Positions 37,429 through 47,703 of a DNA stretch of 64,000 nucleotides are shown here, piece by piece (position 1 is the stretch's first letter; each line of letters opens with the position of its first letter). The notes beneath the pieces were generated by a model. That model searched no databases. It worked only from the letters and a program-made list of their open reading frames with translations, and had not been told where the DNA came from. Position numbers and translations under genes: made by a program. Origin of the DNA: an uncultured Methanoregulaceae archaeon (GTDB taxonomy: Archaea; Halobacteriota; Methanomicrobia; Methanomicrobiales; Methanospirillaceae); assembly GCA_963717525.1 (NCBI GenBank), contig OY970343.1:2224004-2288003 (forward strand). The letters run 5' to 3'.

Positions 37429-38709
37429 TTATGCCGTATATCCGGCATAATTTGCCGCAATCTCCTGTGGAGTCAGGGCCCGGTTATAGAGTGCGGTTGA
37501 CCCTATATACCCGTTGTAATTGAAATCGTTGCCCGGGCTCGCGGCATTTTGTTGTCCGATATTTACCGGGAAGTTATTATTATTCGCAATATTGACCAGA
37601 CCATTCGGGGTGGGGGGAGTCGTTTGGGTTGAGCCCAGATTCGGTACATTACTGTTGTCATAGACAAGGGGCAGGGCTACACCATTATTATAAATAGTCA
37701 GCTGGCCGTTATTGACGGTAGCGGTCACGTAATTCCACTGGTTTGCATTGACCGTCGGAGGAGTTATTGCCTGGTAGTGCTGGCCATCGGTAGCATCGTT
37801 CCATTCGAATAACAGCTGGTTTCCCAGCTGGAAGAGCTGGTAATTGTCGTTCTCATTTGCGGCACTGCTCCCGGCGCTGGTTGTCAGACCTTTCCCGATC
37901 AGCTGCTGCCAGTTACCGCTGTCGCCCGCTGATCCTGCCGTGGTCGGATCAAACCACATGGAGATGGCCATATTCCCGGTGAAGGCGAGTCCGGTAGAAT
38001 CCGGGATCGTGATGTATGAGCCACCACTGAACAAGGTCGCCAACATGCCCCCGGGCCCGGTTGGCGTGGTGATGAGATTCCCGTTGACATTCTCGGTTAT
38101 AGGGTTACAGTTTACATCGTAGAACTGTCCGGTGCCAGTACCAAGGAATCCCCCGGCCACCGGCAATGCTGTTGCCCCGTTCTTTACCGTCTCGGTATAA
38201 GACCCCGCAATCACATGCACGTTCTGGTCGATCATCTGGATAGTCCAGGTGCCAAGTGCCATGGGCCGGAGCGTTCCGGTCGGTGGAGTCTGGGATATTG
38301 CATAGGTGCACTGCGTTGACGAGGGTGTGTTGTTCGGGTAGATGAAGAGCGTTTTGCCGTACAGTGTCCCGTTCAGGGAACTCGCATCAGGGTACAGCAC
38401 CTGCCCGGTGGGGCTGATCGCCTGAAGGGTGACCTGCGTACCAGTCGCACCGGAGGTCTGCCCGGTCAGGTAGAAGGGATCTCCTGCTTTTGGCAGGAAG
38501 GTCAGTACATCATCCGAAATCCCACCCGGTTGCGGGAGGGTAGCTATGCCCGCACTTCCCGCAACATAGACGCTCTTTTTGAGGAACAGGGGGTTGAGTG
38601 CGCCGGTAAATGCAGCATAGGCTATTGCGGCGATCACGAGCACAAGTATGATGATCAGGATCTCTGCGGCGACCTCAGAGATACCCTGGTTTGTCTTCGG
38701 ATCTCTCAT
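37429..38709 (-). CDS. Archaeal type IV pilin-like protein with C-terminal LamG/ConA-like domain
   Basis: Class III signal NQG/ISEVAAEILIIILVLV (E at +3); WNYVTAT...IGQQ...YNGYIGSTALYNRALTPQEI. Confidence 0.85.
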   Translation of the reverse strand: MRDPKTNQGISEVAAEILIIILVLVIAAIAYAAFTGALNPLFLKKSVYVAGSAGIATLPQPGGISDDVLTFLPKAGDPFYLTGQTSGATGTQVTLQAISPTGQVLYPDASSLNGTLYGKTLFIYPNNTPSSTQCTYAISQTPPTGTLRPMALGTWTIQMIDQNVHVIAGSYTETVKNGATALPVAGGFLGTGTGQFYDVNCNPITENVNGNLITTPTGPGGMLATLFSGGSYITIPDSTGLAFTGNMAISMWFDPTTAGSAGDSGNWQQLIGKGLTTSAGSSAANENDNYQLFQLGNQLLFEWNDATDGQHYQAITPPTVNANQWNYVTATVNNGQLTIYNNGVALPLVYDNSNVPNLGSTQTTPPTPNGLVNIANNNNFPVNIGQQNAASPGNDFNYNGYIGSTALYNRALTPQEIAANYAGYTA

Positions 38710-38754
38710 GGATATCAGTGTGTAATAATTGGTTTTCCTGTATTATCTCTCTAT

Positions 38755-39240
38755 TCATGTAATCCGGCAGCCGCCGGCCCCGCCATGTTTCTCATGGTAC
38801 TGCTGGTGGTACTTCTCGGCCCTCCAGAAGACGGTGGCAGGGATGATCTCGGTGACCACCGGTCGTTTGAACCGGCCGGATCGTTCGATATCTTCCTTTG
38901 ACTGGATGGCCGCCTGCATCTGTTCCGGGTCATGATAAAAGATCACCGAGCGATAATTTGTCCCGGTATCTGGTCCTTGCCGGTTTTTCTGGGTCGGATC
39001 ATGGATCGACCAGAAGATGGAAAGCAGCTTCCGGTACGTTACCATGTCAGGATCATACAAAATTCGCACTGCCTCGGCATGCCCGGTCTGACCGGTACAG
39101 ACCTCCTCGTACCGGGGATTTTTTGTCGTCCCTCCTGCGTACCCGACCTCTGTTACCATGACTCCGGGAATTTTCCGGAATGCCTCTTCAACACCCCAGA
39201 AACAACCCGCCGCGAAGGTAGCGGTCTTCAGATCTCCCAT
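38755..39240 (-). CDS. msrA: Peptide methionine sulfoxide reductase A
   Basis: [38 protein letters not shown]. Confidence 0.97.
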   Translation of the reverse strand: MGDLKTATFAAGCFWGVEEAFRKIPGVMVTEVGYAGGTTKNPRYEEVCTGQTGHAEAVRILYDPDMVTYRKLLSIFWSIHDPTQKNRQGPDTGTNYRSVIFYHDPEQMQAAIQSKEDIERSGRFKRPVVTEIIPATVFWRAEKYHQQYHEKHGGAGGCRIT

Positions 39241-39468
39241 TGCATACACCTCCACCGGGATCCTTTTTTTATACCTGTTAAGATTTTCGGTACACTGCAG
39301 TTCATGGCCACGAAGGCAACCATCATAATCGATAACAACGAATCCTGTTCTGCGAAAAGGTGGTGCCGGTGGGTTCCGGCTGGACCTGATGGGGATAAAC
39401 CGACCGTAATCCTGTGCATGGCTGTGGTACCGTGACGGCAGGAACCCGGTGCGTGAGGGAACAAAGGA

Positions 39469-40611
39469 ATGCGGATACTGTTTGTCGTATGCGGCGAGGG
39501 ACTGGGACACTCGTCCCGGTGCATCCACCTTGGCCATTACCTGGAGCAGCAGGGGCATTCGGTCAGTTTCGTGGCATATGGAAAATCCTATGATTTTTTC
39601 CATGACCATGGGTGTATCACGGTCTACCGGGGTGAGCGTGAAGTCTGCCTCGAAGGCGAAAACGGCTTTTTCTCCCTCAAAAAGACTCTCTGGTGCTCGC
39701 GGTGGATTGCCCTGAACCTTGTCCGGTCCGGGCTTCGTGTGACAAGGTTGATCCGGGAACACCAGATCGACTGCGTGGTCTGCGATACGATGTATGCGGG
39801 AGTCCTTGCGGCCCGGCTCCGGAAGGTCCCGGTCATCTTTATCACCAACCAGAACCGGTTCAGTGGCCCGGGGGGCGGGAAGAACCCGGTCTGGAGTGTC
39901 CTCAACTTTTTAATACGGCGTTACCTGAGACTCTCCGCTGCGGTCCTCATCCCCGACTATCCCCCTCCCCAGACCGTAAGTGAATACAACCTCCTCATTC
40001 CGGAGGGGGAACGGCGGCACTATCACTTCACCGGGCCGTTCCTTGAGGTCGACCTCTCCCGGTACCACTTCGGACAGGAGACGATCTTTACCAGTTTTGG
40101 GGGCGAACCCTACAAGCTCCCGCTCTACCGGCTGCTCCGGACGATCGCCGACACGAGAAAAGACCTGATTTTCGATGTCTTCTACACCGGGGCGATCCTC
40201 CCGGAATCTTCGGACAATTATCTTTCGCACGGGTACGTGCCCAACCTCTACGAGCACCTCGCCGAGGCACGAATCGCCATCGTACACGGTGGGCTGACCA
40301 CCCTTCACGAAGCGCTGCTCTTTTCTAAGCCGGTCCTCATCATCATGGACCCGGGTCACCCGGAGCAGCAGAACAATGCAAAGAAGATCGTCGACATGGG
40401 GGCAGGGACGGTCGTGGACGGCCGGACGGTCAACAAGGAGATACTCGAAAAAAAGATCGCGGAGACCATTGCGCTTCCCCCCCGCACCAGCGGCCCCGAT
40501 CTTGCGTTGGTGAACGGCAGGAAGAATGCCGCGGCGATCATCGAAGCAGTCGCCCGCGGTGCGGCAAAAGGAAAGGTTAAGGCGTCGCTTCCCACAAAAA
40601 GTGAGCAGTGA
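39469..40611 (+). CDS. GT-B glycosyltransferase (MJ1255/MurG-like)
   Basis: [29 protein letters not shown]. Confidence 0.9.
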   Translation: MRILFVVCGEGLGHSSRCIHLGHYLEQQGHSVSFVAYGKSYDFFHDHGCITVYRGEREVCLEGENGFFSLKKTLWCSRWIALNLVRSGLRVTRLIREHQIDCVVCDTMYAGVLAARLRKVPVIFITNQNRFSGPGGGKNPVWSVLNFLIRRYLRLSAAVLIPDYPPPQTVSEYNLLIPEGERRHYHFTGPFLEVDLSRYHFGQETIFTSFGGEPYKLPLYRLLRTIADTRKDLIFDVFYTGAILPESSDNYLSHGYVPNLYEHLAEARIAIVHGGLTTLHEALLFSKPVLIIMDPGHPEQQNNAKKIVDMGAGTVVDGRTVNKEILEKKIAETIALPPRTSGPDLALVNGRKNAAAIIEAVARGAAKGKVKASLPTKSEQ

Positions 40612-40886
40612 AGGATATGGGGATTTCTGCGGAGATAAAAACCATAAAGCCGGGGGAGAACCTGCACATCTGCCCGGCGTGTGGATATGAGTACGGGTTC
40701 CATATCTCCTTTGTCAGCGTGAATGCCGCACAGGACGGGAAAGAGAGCCCGGTGAAATCCACCCGGGACCTCTTCCGGGTGATCCTGATCTGCCCTGAAT
40801 GCGGAGCCCGGTTCGATGCAGGCTGGAGGATCTCGTTCTGCGAGGAGGAGAGCCACATTGTCAGGGCTGCCGGGATCCCGCACTGA
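40608..40886 (+). CDS. Small zinc-ribbon protein
   Basis: CPACGYEYGFH...LICPECGARFDAGW. Confidence 0.8.
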   Translation: MKDMGISAEIKTIKPGENLHICPACGYEYGFHISFVSVNAAQDGKESPVKSTRDLFRVILICPECGARFDAGWRISFCEEESHIVRAAGIPH

Positions 40887-40937
40887 CGCAGCGGCCATTG
40901 TCCTGGGGGAGGATGAACACAGGGCTGCCATGCAGCC

Positions 40938-42099
40938 ATGGCACTGGAGGGCCTGATGCAGTGCATCCGGTGCAAGGGAAAAGGATTGTGTGGCCTGCCA
41001 CAGTGTCCGATCACCAGCAGGTTCCTTGCACAGGCAGAAGTGAAACCCTCAGCGAGCTACCGGGGCACAGCTCCATCGGTCTTTATCGGGAGTTTCGGCT
41101 ACCCGGATGTCCAGGGCGGCCCGCTTCTTATTGATGACAGCGACCATCCCCCGGACTGGCTGGCCCGCAACCTCAGGATCGAGGATGTTGTGGGTCTCCG
41201 GGCCAGGACGATCCGCGGGCGATCCCCGGCCCGGCAGTTCACCGGCAACCTTCAGGAGATTGCCCTCTCGTCACGACCCCTCGATGTCGACGTCGCGTTC
41301 TCCCGCCCGGTCTCCTTTGCGATGACCTTCGATGGGACGGTCGCGCCGGTGGGGTTCTCGGGGGAGGTACGGCGGTTTGACGTGGTGGGCAGCGCCACCG
41401 TTGAACGACTTGTCGACCGGATCACTTCCGATACCGATCTTGGGGCTACCGAAGCCTGTGTCGAACTGTCCCGTGGGGGAAACGATGTCTACAGCATCAC
41501 AAAGCTCATGACCTCGGGGCTCCTTGGTCGGCACCGGCACTTTGTCCCCACCCGCTGGGGGATAACCGCGGTCGATGATACACTCTCCACAGCATTAAAA
41601 AAGGAGATTGCTCGGTACCCTCCTCTCGAAGAGTACCCGGGTCTTTTCCGGGGAGGTCTTTGCAAACCGGATTGTCTGCATCCTTGCCCCGGGGGACTGG
41701 CGGTACGAGATGATCGAGGTCTGGGGGAAACAGACGCTCTGGGCCGGGGATACTGAAGCGATCGTGCAGGACCGGGAAGGGATAAAAAAACAGGGGTATT
41801 CCCCGATCTCCGGCGCCTATTACTCGGCCCGGCTTGCCGTGTGCGAGTACCTTGCACGGACACGGCGTTCGGCCCGGGTGATTGTGCTGCGGCACATATC
41901 CAGCGATTACTGGGCGCCGCTCGGGACCTGGGTGATCCGAGAGGCGGCCCGGAAGGCGATGGCATCTCCACCGGTCTCCTGCGAATCGCTGGATGCAGCC
42001 GTAGCTGTCGGTTCCGCCCGGATCGGATTTGGGTACTGGCAGCAGCACAGCACGCTCATCCCCGAGATGCGCACCCAGCGGACCCTCTTCTCGTTCTGA
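40938..42099 (+). CDS. nreA: Nre DNA repair protein (frameshift near 41637)
   Basis: CIRCKGKGLCGLPQCP, PSVFIGSFGYP, VPTRWGITAVDD, C-terminal PIP box QRTLFSF. Confidence 0.9.
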
Positions 42100-42103
42100 T
42101 CGG

Positions 42104-43756
42104 TTATCCCGTGTACGCTTGGGCTGATTTTGACTGCCGATGGTACCTGTCCCTGATGCCTTCGAGCGTCTCGATCTCGGTCGTGTCCTTGTCGTCCCTG
42201 ATCCGGATGAACCGGGGGAACCTGAGGGCAAACCCCGCTTCGTAGGTCGGGCTGACCTGGAGTTCGGCGTATCCCACCTCAAAGACCAGTGCCGGCTCGA
42301 AACGCACCTCTTTCCCGGCGCCTGAGATCACCGTGTCCTTGAGGAGATCGTACACCTCGCCCAGTTGCTCGTCAGAGAATCCGGTGGCTACCCGGGAGAG
42401 CGGGATAAGTTTTCCCTGGTCCTGGCAGGCCACCAGAAACGACCCGAAGACGTGCGCCCGTTTTCCCTCGCCCCATTCTGCGCCGATTACGGCGAGGTCG
42501 AGGGTATCTACCTCCGGCTTGATCTTGATCCAGTTCTTCCCCCGCTGGCCCGGGGTATATGGCGAATCCGGCACCTTGAGCATAATCCCCTCGTGGCCGG
42601 CGGCAAGTGCGTCATGGTAGGTCTGTTCGATGACCTGCGGGTCGGCACTCACTACCTGCGGGGCGACATACTGTGTTACCCTATCCACGAGGATGCTGCG
42701 GCGCTCGTGGAACGGGAGATCGATCAGGGTTTTTCCGTCAAGATAGAGAATATCGAAGACATTGGGCACCATCCTGATCTCCTCCTGGGCCCCGGCTACA
42801 TCGTGACGGCGGCGGAACCTGCGTAACACGGACTGGAACGGCATCGGTCTGCCGTCTTTGATCGCGATCACCTCCCCGTCGAGGATCACATCGTGGGAGG
42901 TCGATGCCTGCATAAGCGCAATCACGTCGGGAAGGGCCGCACTGACGTCTTCGAGCCGGCGCGAGTACATCATGGCCTTATCGCCCTCCTTATGGAACTG
43001 GAACCGCGATCCATCGTACTTGTATTCCGCTGCCACCTCGCCGTGGTCTTTTACCATGCCGGCAATGGTGCCCTGCTGGGCAAGCATCATCCGTACCGGG
43101 TGAAAGAGCGTTATGTGAACATCTGCGAGGGCGTCTGGCCCCATTTTCGCAAGGCGTGCCACCTCTCCCAGGTCATTTATGGCCTGCATCGCGTGCTCGA
43201 CAAGGACCGGGTCAACCGAGAACGCCTTTGCAATCGCCTCGCGAACGGTCCCTTCACCCACCCCGATACGGAGTTCTTCAAGCATGATCCGTGCGAGGTA
43301 CCGCCCTTCGAGAGGGGTTGCATCACCCAGCATCAACTTGACCGAACGCATCTTCTCTTTCTGGGAGGTTGCCCCGCCCCGGGCCGCGATGCTTATCAGT
43401 CTGGCATTGACCTCGACAAGGTCAAGATCCTGGGATGATAACGATGCCTGCGACTTCTTCGCGAGGAGTTCTTCGACTGCATTTCCCACGTCTCCGGTTT
43501 TATTGATCCGGTCGATGACCGCATCCTTCTTTACCCCGGCGACATAACCCACGGATTCATAGAGAAGGTTCGGGCCTATGCCGAGTTTCTGGGCGCTCCA
43601 GTCGGGAAAGATTCTCCCCATGATAAACCGGACAAAGACGGGGAGTTCTTCAGATGACAGACGTGGCAGCACCCTGCTGATCACATCGATCATGTCAAGA
43701 CGGCCGGAGATGTGCTCGATCTCTTCGCAGCACCGTGAGAACTCTGAGAACAGCAT
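42104..43756 (-). CDS. lig: ATP-dependent DNA ligase
   Basis: [39 protein letters not shown]. Confidence 0.97.
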   Translation of the reverse strand: MLFSEFSRCCEEIEHISGRLDMIDVISRVLPRLSSEELPVFVRFIMGRIFPDWSAQKLGIGPNLLYESVGYVAGVKKDAVIDRINKTGDVGNAVEELLAKKSQASLSSQDLDLVEVNARLISIAARGGATSQKEKMRSVKLMLGDATPLEGRYLARIMLEELRIGVGEGTVREAIAKAFSVDPVLVEHAMQAINDLGEVARLAKMGPDALADVHITLFHPVRMMLAQQGTIAGMVKDHGEVAAEYKYDGSRFQFHKEGDKAMMYSRRLEDVSAALPDVIALMQASTSHDVILDGEVIAIKDGRPMPFQSVLRRFRRRHDVAGAQEEIRMVPNVFDILYLDGKTLIDLPFHERRSILVDRVTQYVAPQVVSADPQVIEQTYHDALAAGHEGIMLKVPDSPYTPGQRGKNWIKIKPEVDTLDLAVIGAEWGEGKRAHVFGSFLVACQDQGKLIPLSRVATGFSDEQLGEVYDLLKDTVISGAGKEVRFEPALVFEVGYAELQVSPTYEAGFALRFPRFIRIRDDKDTTEIETLEGIRDRYHRQSKSAQAYTG

Positions 43757-43924
43757 GAGGTTTCTGATGTGTGGGTTGGTGACCGGAGAATTAACATTTT
43801 GCTGTATCGCGGGATGGGGCGAGGCACCTTCGGATACTGGCCTTTTCCGTTTTTTATAGCCAAGGTAAAAGTATTTTTAATTTCCTACCGATAATTCATG
43901 CAGTGCAGGTTGTGGAACAATCCT

Positions 43925-45202
43925 ATGGGTGACGAGTGGCAGCCCGAAGCAGTGGTGAGGCTGAGACTGGAACGTCTTAAAAAGGAATTTAACGAATATA
44001 TTAACGTCAATAGCGAAAAGATTGACGCAAATATCCCCGTTTTTTTCGGGCAGGTCATCGCCTCCCTTGACAAGACGCTTCCCGGCCTCAGCGATGAGCT
44101 CTTCGACCAGTTCATCGATGCAATGGCCTTTGCTGTTCTTGAAGCCTCGAAACGGTCCGAAGAGATCCCCTTTGTCGAAAAACTCTTCGATTACGCAATG
44201 CGCAACAAGCGCGGGAGCCGGAATCGTGCAGTTTATGATATCCTCCTTGGCATGAAGATGATCAACACCGGGAAATATGCAGAGGGTGCCGAGCAGCTCA
44301 AGAAGTACCGGTCCGTGGACGTCATTATCTGCCCTGCGATCGCGTACTGCTATTTCGTCCTTTCCACCCAGCAGAGCCCTGTCGAGAGGAGCGGGGAATA
44401 CCAGCGGCTCAAGGATATGGCGCTTGCCGCACGGGAGCAGATGATCGAACTTGTCCGACTCAACCCGCCGATAAACCGGCTCCAGGATCTCGAAATTGCC
44501 GAAGATCCGCGGATCAACAAGATCTTCTGGTTCATGATCAAGCAGGCGATCGACTGGTTCCCCAGCGAGCGCGAGTTTCTCCGTATCGGGATCGAGAAGG
44601 CGTCCCGGGACGGGGGGCGTGACCTTAAAGAGGAACTCCTCAATATTGCGATTGAACGGTTCTATAACGACATGTTCTTCCTGCGTGAGCTCTATAAACT
44701 CAAACTCGAGAACCGGGATGCCGGGGGGGTGGCCGGGGTCGTCAAGCAGATGACCCAGCAATATCCCGACGAGATCGAGCCGGTCTACTATGGTCTCAAG
44801 CTCTCGATCATCACCAGCCGCATGGATACCTATTTCCGGTTCCGGAAACTTGCCGTGGACAAGAACATCCCGCTTCAGGCCCTTCTCCTGCTGGACTACT
44901 CATTTGAAGTGATGAGCGGCAAACAGGCCGACGCGGCTGCCTGCATGGACGAGATCAAAAAACGCTTCGGCCCGCAGCACTTTTTTGTGACACTGCTGGA
45001 ATACGTGGCACACGATTTTCATTCTGACGATGCAAAAAAGGTCAAGCGGTCGAAAAAGGCGATTTTTGATGCTGTCGACCAGGACCTGTATGAAACTGCT
45101 CAAATTCGAGGCGTTATAATGGCAGAACCTGCGATCCCGGGTGCGGGAGAAGGCAAAAGGAGTTGCCTGCGATCAGAGGGGGGTTACGTATGGCAAAGGT
45201 GA
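43925..45202 (+). CDS. Large helical-repeat (TPR-like) hypothetical protein; true end may be 45118
   Basis: All-alpha ORF; dropping one base near 45084 gives ...AVDQTCMKLLKFEAL*, removing the overlap with the next gene. Confidence 0.7.
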   Translation: MGDEWQPEAVVRLRLERLKKEFNEYINVNSEKIDANIPVFFGQVIASLDKTLPGLSDELFDQFIDAMAFAVLEASKRSEEIPFVEKLFDYAMRNKRGSRNRAVYDILLGMKMINTGKYAEGAEQLKKYRSVDVIICPAIAYCYFVLSTQQSPVERSGEYQRLKDMALAAREQMIELVRLNPPINRLQDLEIAEDPRINKIFWFMIKQAIDWFPSEREFLRIGIEKASRDGGRDLKEELLNIAIERFYNDMFFLRELYKLKLENRDAGGVAGVVKQMTQQYPDEIEPVYYGLKLSIITSRMDTYFRFRKLAVDKNIPLQALLLLDYSFEVMSGKQADAAACMDEIKKRFGPQHFFVTLLEYVAHDFHSDDAKKVKRSKKAIFDAVDQDLYETAQIRGVIMAEPAIPGAGEGKRSCLRSEGGYVWQR

Positions 45203-46254
45203 CAGTTCTTATTGCTTCGGGTGATGCAGCCGACGCTGACAAGCTTGCGGCCCGGGCAGAAACAGCAGGATACGAGGTGAAGGCCCGGGCATATTCCGGG
45301 AAAGATGCGGTCGCCCTGGCGGAGTCCCGGCATCCCGATCTCGTCCTGCTGGGTACGCATCCTGGCGGGACCATGGGATTGACCGAGGTGTTGACGAGGA
45401 TCCAGATGGATAACGGTATTCCGGTCGTCCTGGTTGCTGACTCTGATGACGATATCCTGGCCCTGCACGAAAGCTCCGCTTTTCCGTACGGCTACCTGGT
45501 ACGGCCGTTTGGCCCCCGGGCTTTCAGGCAGGTAGTCGAGGCTACCGTCTACCGGCACTCCCTTGAACGGGGCAATGGCGGGAAGAAGATCTATCCCGGC
45601 CCGATGGTGCGAAAGGTTGCTCACGATATCAACAACTCGCTCTCTTCGGCGCTGGCAAATATCCAGCTTGCACGCCGGTCCCTGACCCACGGAAAAAACC
45701 TGTGCCGGCACCTTGACGACGCCGAAAAAAGCGTTCTGCGGGCGCGGGATCATTCCCGCAATCTGCTCGTACCGGCGACGGGCACAAAGAGCGAGGCCAG
45801 CGCAGTCAGGAACGCCCAGGTTCCCGCAGCACACCTGAACAGGGTCACCGGGAAAAAGAAAAGTGCTGCGACCGGCTACAGGATCCTCCTGATGGATGAT
45901 GAGGATGCAATTCTTTCGGCCACCAGCGAAATGCTCTCGTTCTTGGGTCACCTGGTCACGGTTGCGAAAAATGGAGAGGATGCGATCGAACTGTACAGGA
46001 AAGCGCATGCCAATGGCCTGTCGTTCGATGCGGTCATTCTCGATATCACGGTACCGGGCGGGCTTGGTGCAGAAGAAACCCTGCCCCGGCTCCGCGAGAT
46101 CGATCCCGATGTGCGGGCGATCATCTCCAGCGGGTATGCAACCCATCCCCTGCTGACCAGCTGTGCTGCGGGCGGGTTTGCCGCAGCCCTGATCAAACCG
46201 TACGGGTTCAAGGAACTCGAAGAATCCCTTGCACAGGTATCCGGTCCGAAATGA
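45190..46254 (+). CDS. Pseudo-receiver + HisKA + receiver signalling protein lacking HATPase domain
   Basis: REC1 degenerate (LVLLG, RPF); H-box VAHDINNSL; REC2 intact (LMDDE, VILDI, IKPY). Confidence 0.85.
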   Translation: MAKVTVLIASGDAADADKLAARAETAGYEVKARAYSGKDAVALAESRHPDLVLLGTHPGGTMGLTEVLTRIQMDNGIPVVLVADSDDDILALHESSAFPYGYLVRPFGPRAFRQVVEATVYRHSLERGNGGKKIYPGPMVRKVAHDINNSLSSALANIQLARRSLTHGKNLCRHLDDAEKSVLRARDHSRNLLVPATGTKSEASAVRNAQVPAAHLNRVTGKKKSAATGYRILLMDDEDAILSATSEMLSFLGHLVTVAKNGEDAIELYRKAHANGLSFDAVILDITVPGGLGAEETLPRLREIDPDVRAIISSGYATHPLLTSCAAGGFAAALIKPYGFKELEESLAQVSGPK

Positions 46255-47043
46255 CTATAACCGGATCTCCTGCCGTGCGCCTGGAGTTGAACCCTGCTGT
46301 GTTGCGACAATCAGGTTCTTTTCTTCAAAGAAAAGCCCGAACCCGCCGCGTGCGCTCGCCCGGGCACGCTCCGGTGTATTGTTGATCTCGCTCAGATGGG
46401 AGAGTACGACCTGAGGCACGTCTTTTCCAAGGGTCCGCAGCACAGAAGCGGCAGCCGGGTTTGAGAGATGCCCACGGTTTGAGCGTATCCGGCGTTTCAG
46501 GGATTCGGGATACGGGCCGTTTGCAAGCATCTCCGGGCAGTGGTTGCTCTCGAGCACCACCGCGTCGCAACGCCGGAGCATGTCAAGCATGTGCGGGGTA
46601 ACGACGCCGGTATCGGTGCAGTACCCGAGCAGTTCTCCGTGCTCCTGCAGGACAAACCCGCAGGGTTCTGCCGCATCGTGGGATGTGGCAAATGGCGAGA
46701 TGGTAAATCCCCCTGCCCTGAACGGGGCATCGTAGCGGCATGTGTGCGTTTCGAGCGATTTATCCGAGGTACGCCGGTGACAGAGAAAATCCGCGAGAGT
46801 TCCTCCGGTCGCATAGACCGGGCAGGAGAGTTTTCGTGCGAGCACGTCAAGGCCCCTGACATGATCCGTGTGCTCGTGAGTGACGATGATTGCCGCAATC
46901 GCATCGGGATCACAACCGTTCTGCGCCAGCCGGAGCAGGGTCTCCTTTGCACTCAGGCCTGCATCGATAAGGATAGCACCTTCGCCGCCGGCGATATACG
47001 TGCAGTTGCCTTTGCTCCCGCTCGCAAGAATCGTGCACCGCAT
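46255..47043 (-). CDS. MBL-fold metallohydrolase (YycJ/WalJ-like)
   Basis: LASGSKGN, THEHTDH, SHDAAEP, LESNH, HLSEINN. Confidence 0.9.
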   Translation of the reverse strand: MRCTILASGSKGNCTYIAGGEGAILIDAGLSAKETLLRLAQNGCDPDAIAAIIVTHEHTDHVRGLDVLARKLSCPVYATGGTLADFLCHRRTSDKSLETHTCRYDAPFRAGGFTISPFATSHDAAEPCGFVLQEHGELLGYCTDTGVVTPHMLDMLRRCDAVVLESNHCPEMLANGPYPESLKRRIRSNRGHLSNPAAASVLRTLGKDVPQVVLSHLSEINNTPERARASARGGFGLFFEEKNLIVATQQGSTPGARQEIRL

Positions 47044-47122
47044 CTCTTCCTACATTGGGTGCTTTTTGTATTAACCAGCTTTCCCCGTTTCACTGCCGGG
47101 GAATATTAAAAAGGGGGCGGGG

Positions 47123-47308
47123 TTATTTTTTTGCTTTCATGGCTTCATATTCCGCGAGCACCGGGGCGATGGTCTTTGTGGAGATGGAACGCCGGACAAA
47201 GACCGTCAGCTTCCGGCAATACCGGATATGGGCTATCTGGAAACTCACAATCAGGCCGAAACAGAGACACGTGATGCCGATCAGGAAATAGCTTGCAACG
47301 TCGACCAT
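47123..47308 (-). CDS. Small single-TM protein
   Basis: MVDVASYFLIGITCLCFGLIVSFQI... Confidence 0.65.
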   Translation of the reverse strand: MVDVASYFLIGITCLCFGLIVSFQIAHIRYCRKLTVFVRRSISTKTIAPVLAEYEAMKAKK

Positions 47309-47318
47309 GCGGATCCCC

Positions 47319-47507
47319 TCAGGACTCCCGGGCGAGTTCGTCCACGAGCGGGACAACGGAATCCGTATCGGAGCAGTCTTTTGCAAGCACCATAAACCGC
47401 TTCGAGTAGTACATTGTCAGGAGCTGGTACCCGATGATCATCCCGATAGCAAACATAATGATCCCAAAACCGATGTAGATGAGCAGATCCGTCAGCAGGT
47501 CAGCCAT
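47319..47507 (-). CDS. Small single-TM protein
   Basis: MADLLTDLLIYIGFGIIMFAIGMIIGYQL... Confidence 0.7.
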   Translation of the reverse strand: MADLLTDLLIYIGFGIIMFAIGMIIGYQLLTMYYSKRFMVLAKDCSDTDSVVPLVDELARES

Positions 47508-47703
47508 AGTGAAACACATTGACTGTTACGGCGGGATGCTGATAAATTTATTGAATCCGCGGTACTACCTGGCCGGGGAAAAAGGACCATGCAGCCCGGG
47601 TTCCGGCCGAACCGGACACGCGCACGGCCCCGGGCAGATTCACCGGCTGAATAAGGCCCGGATAACGAAACCTTAACAACCTATCCCGCCGATTTTTCCT
47701 CCT

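Noticed and set aside
36875..38760. Integrated island at tRNA-Val
   Set aside because: No integrase and no duplicated tRNA 3' end seen
38755..39762. 335-aa MsrA with long N-terminal extension
   Set aside because: The extension overlaps the opposite-strand glycosyltransferase; MsrA motifs begin at 39240
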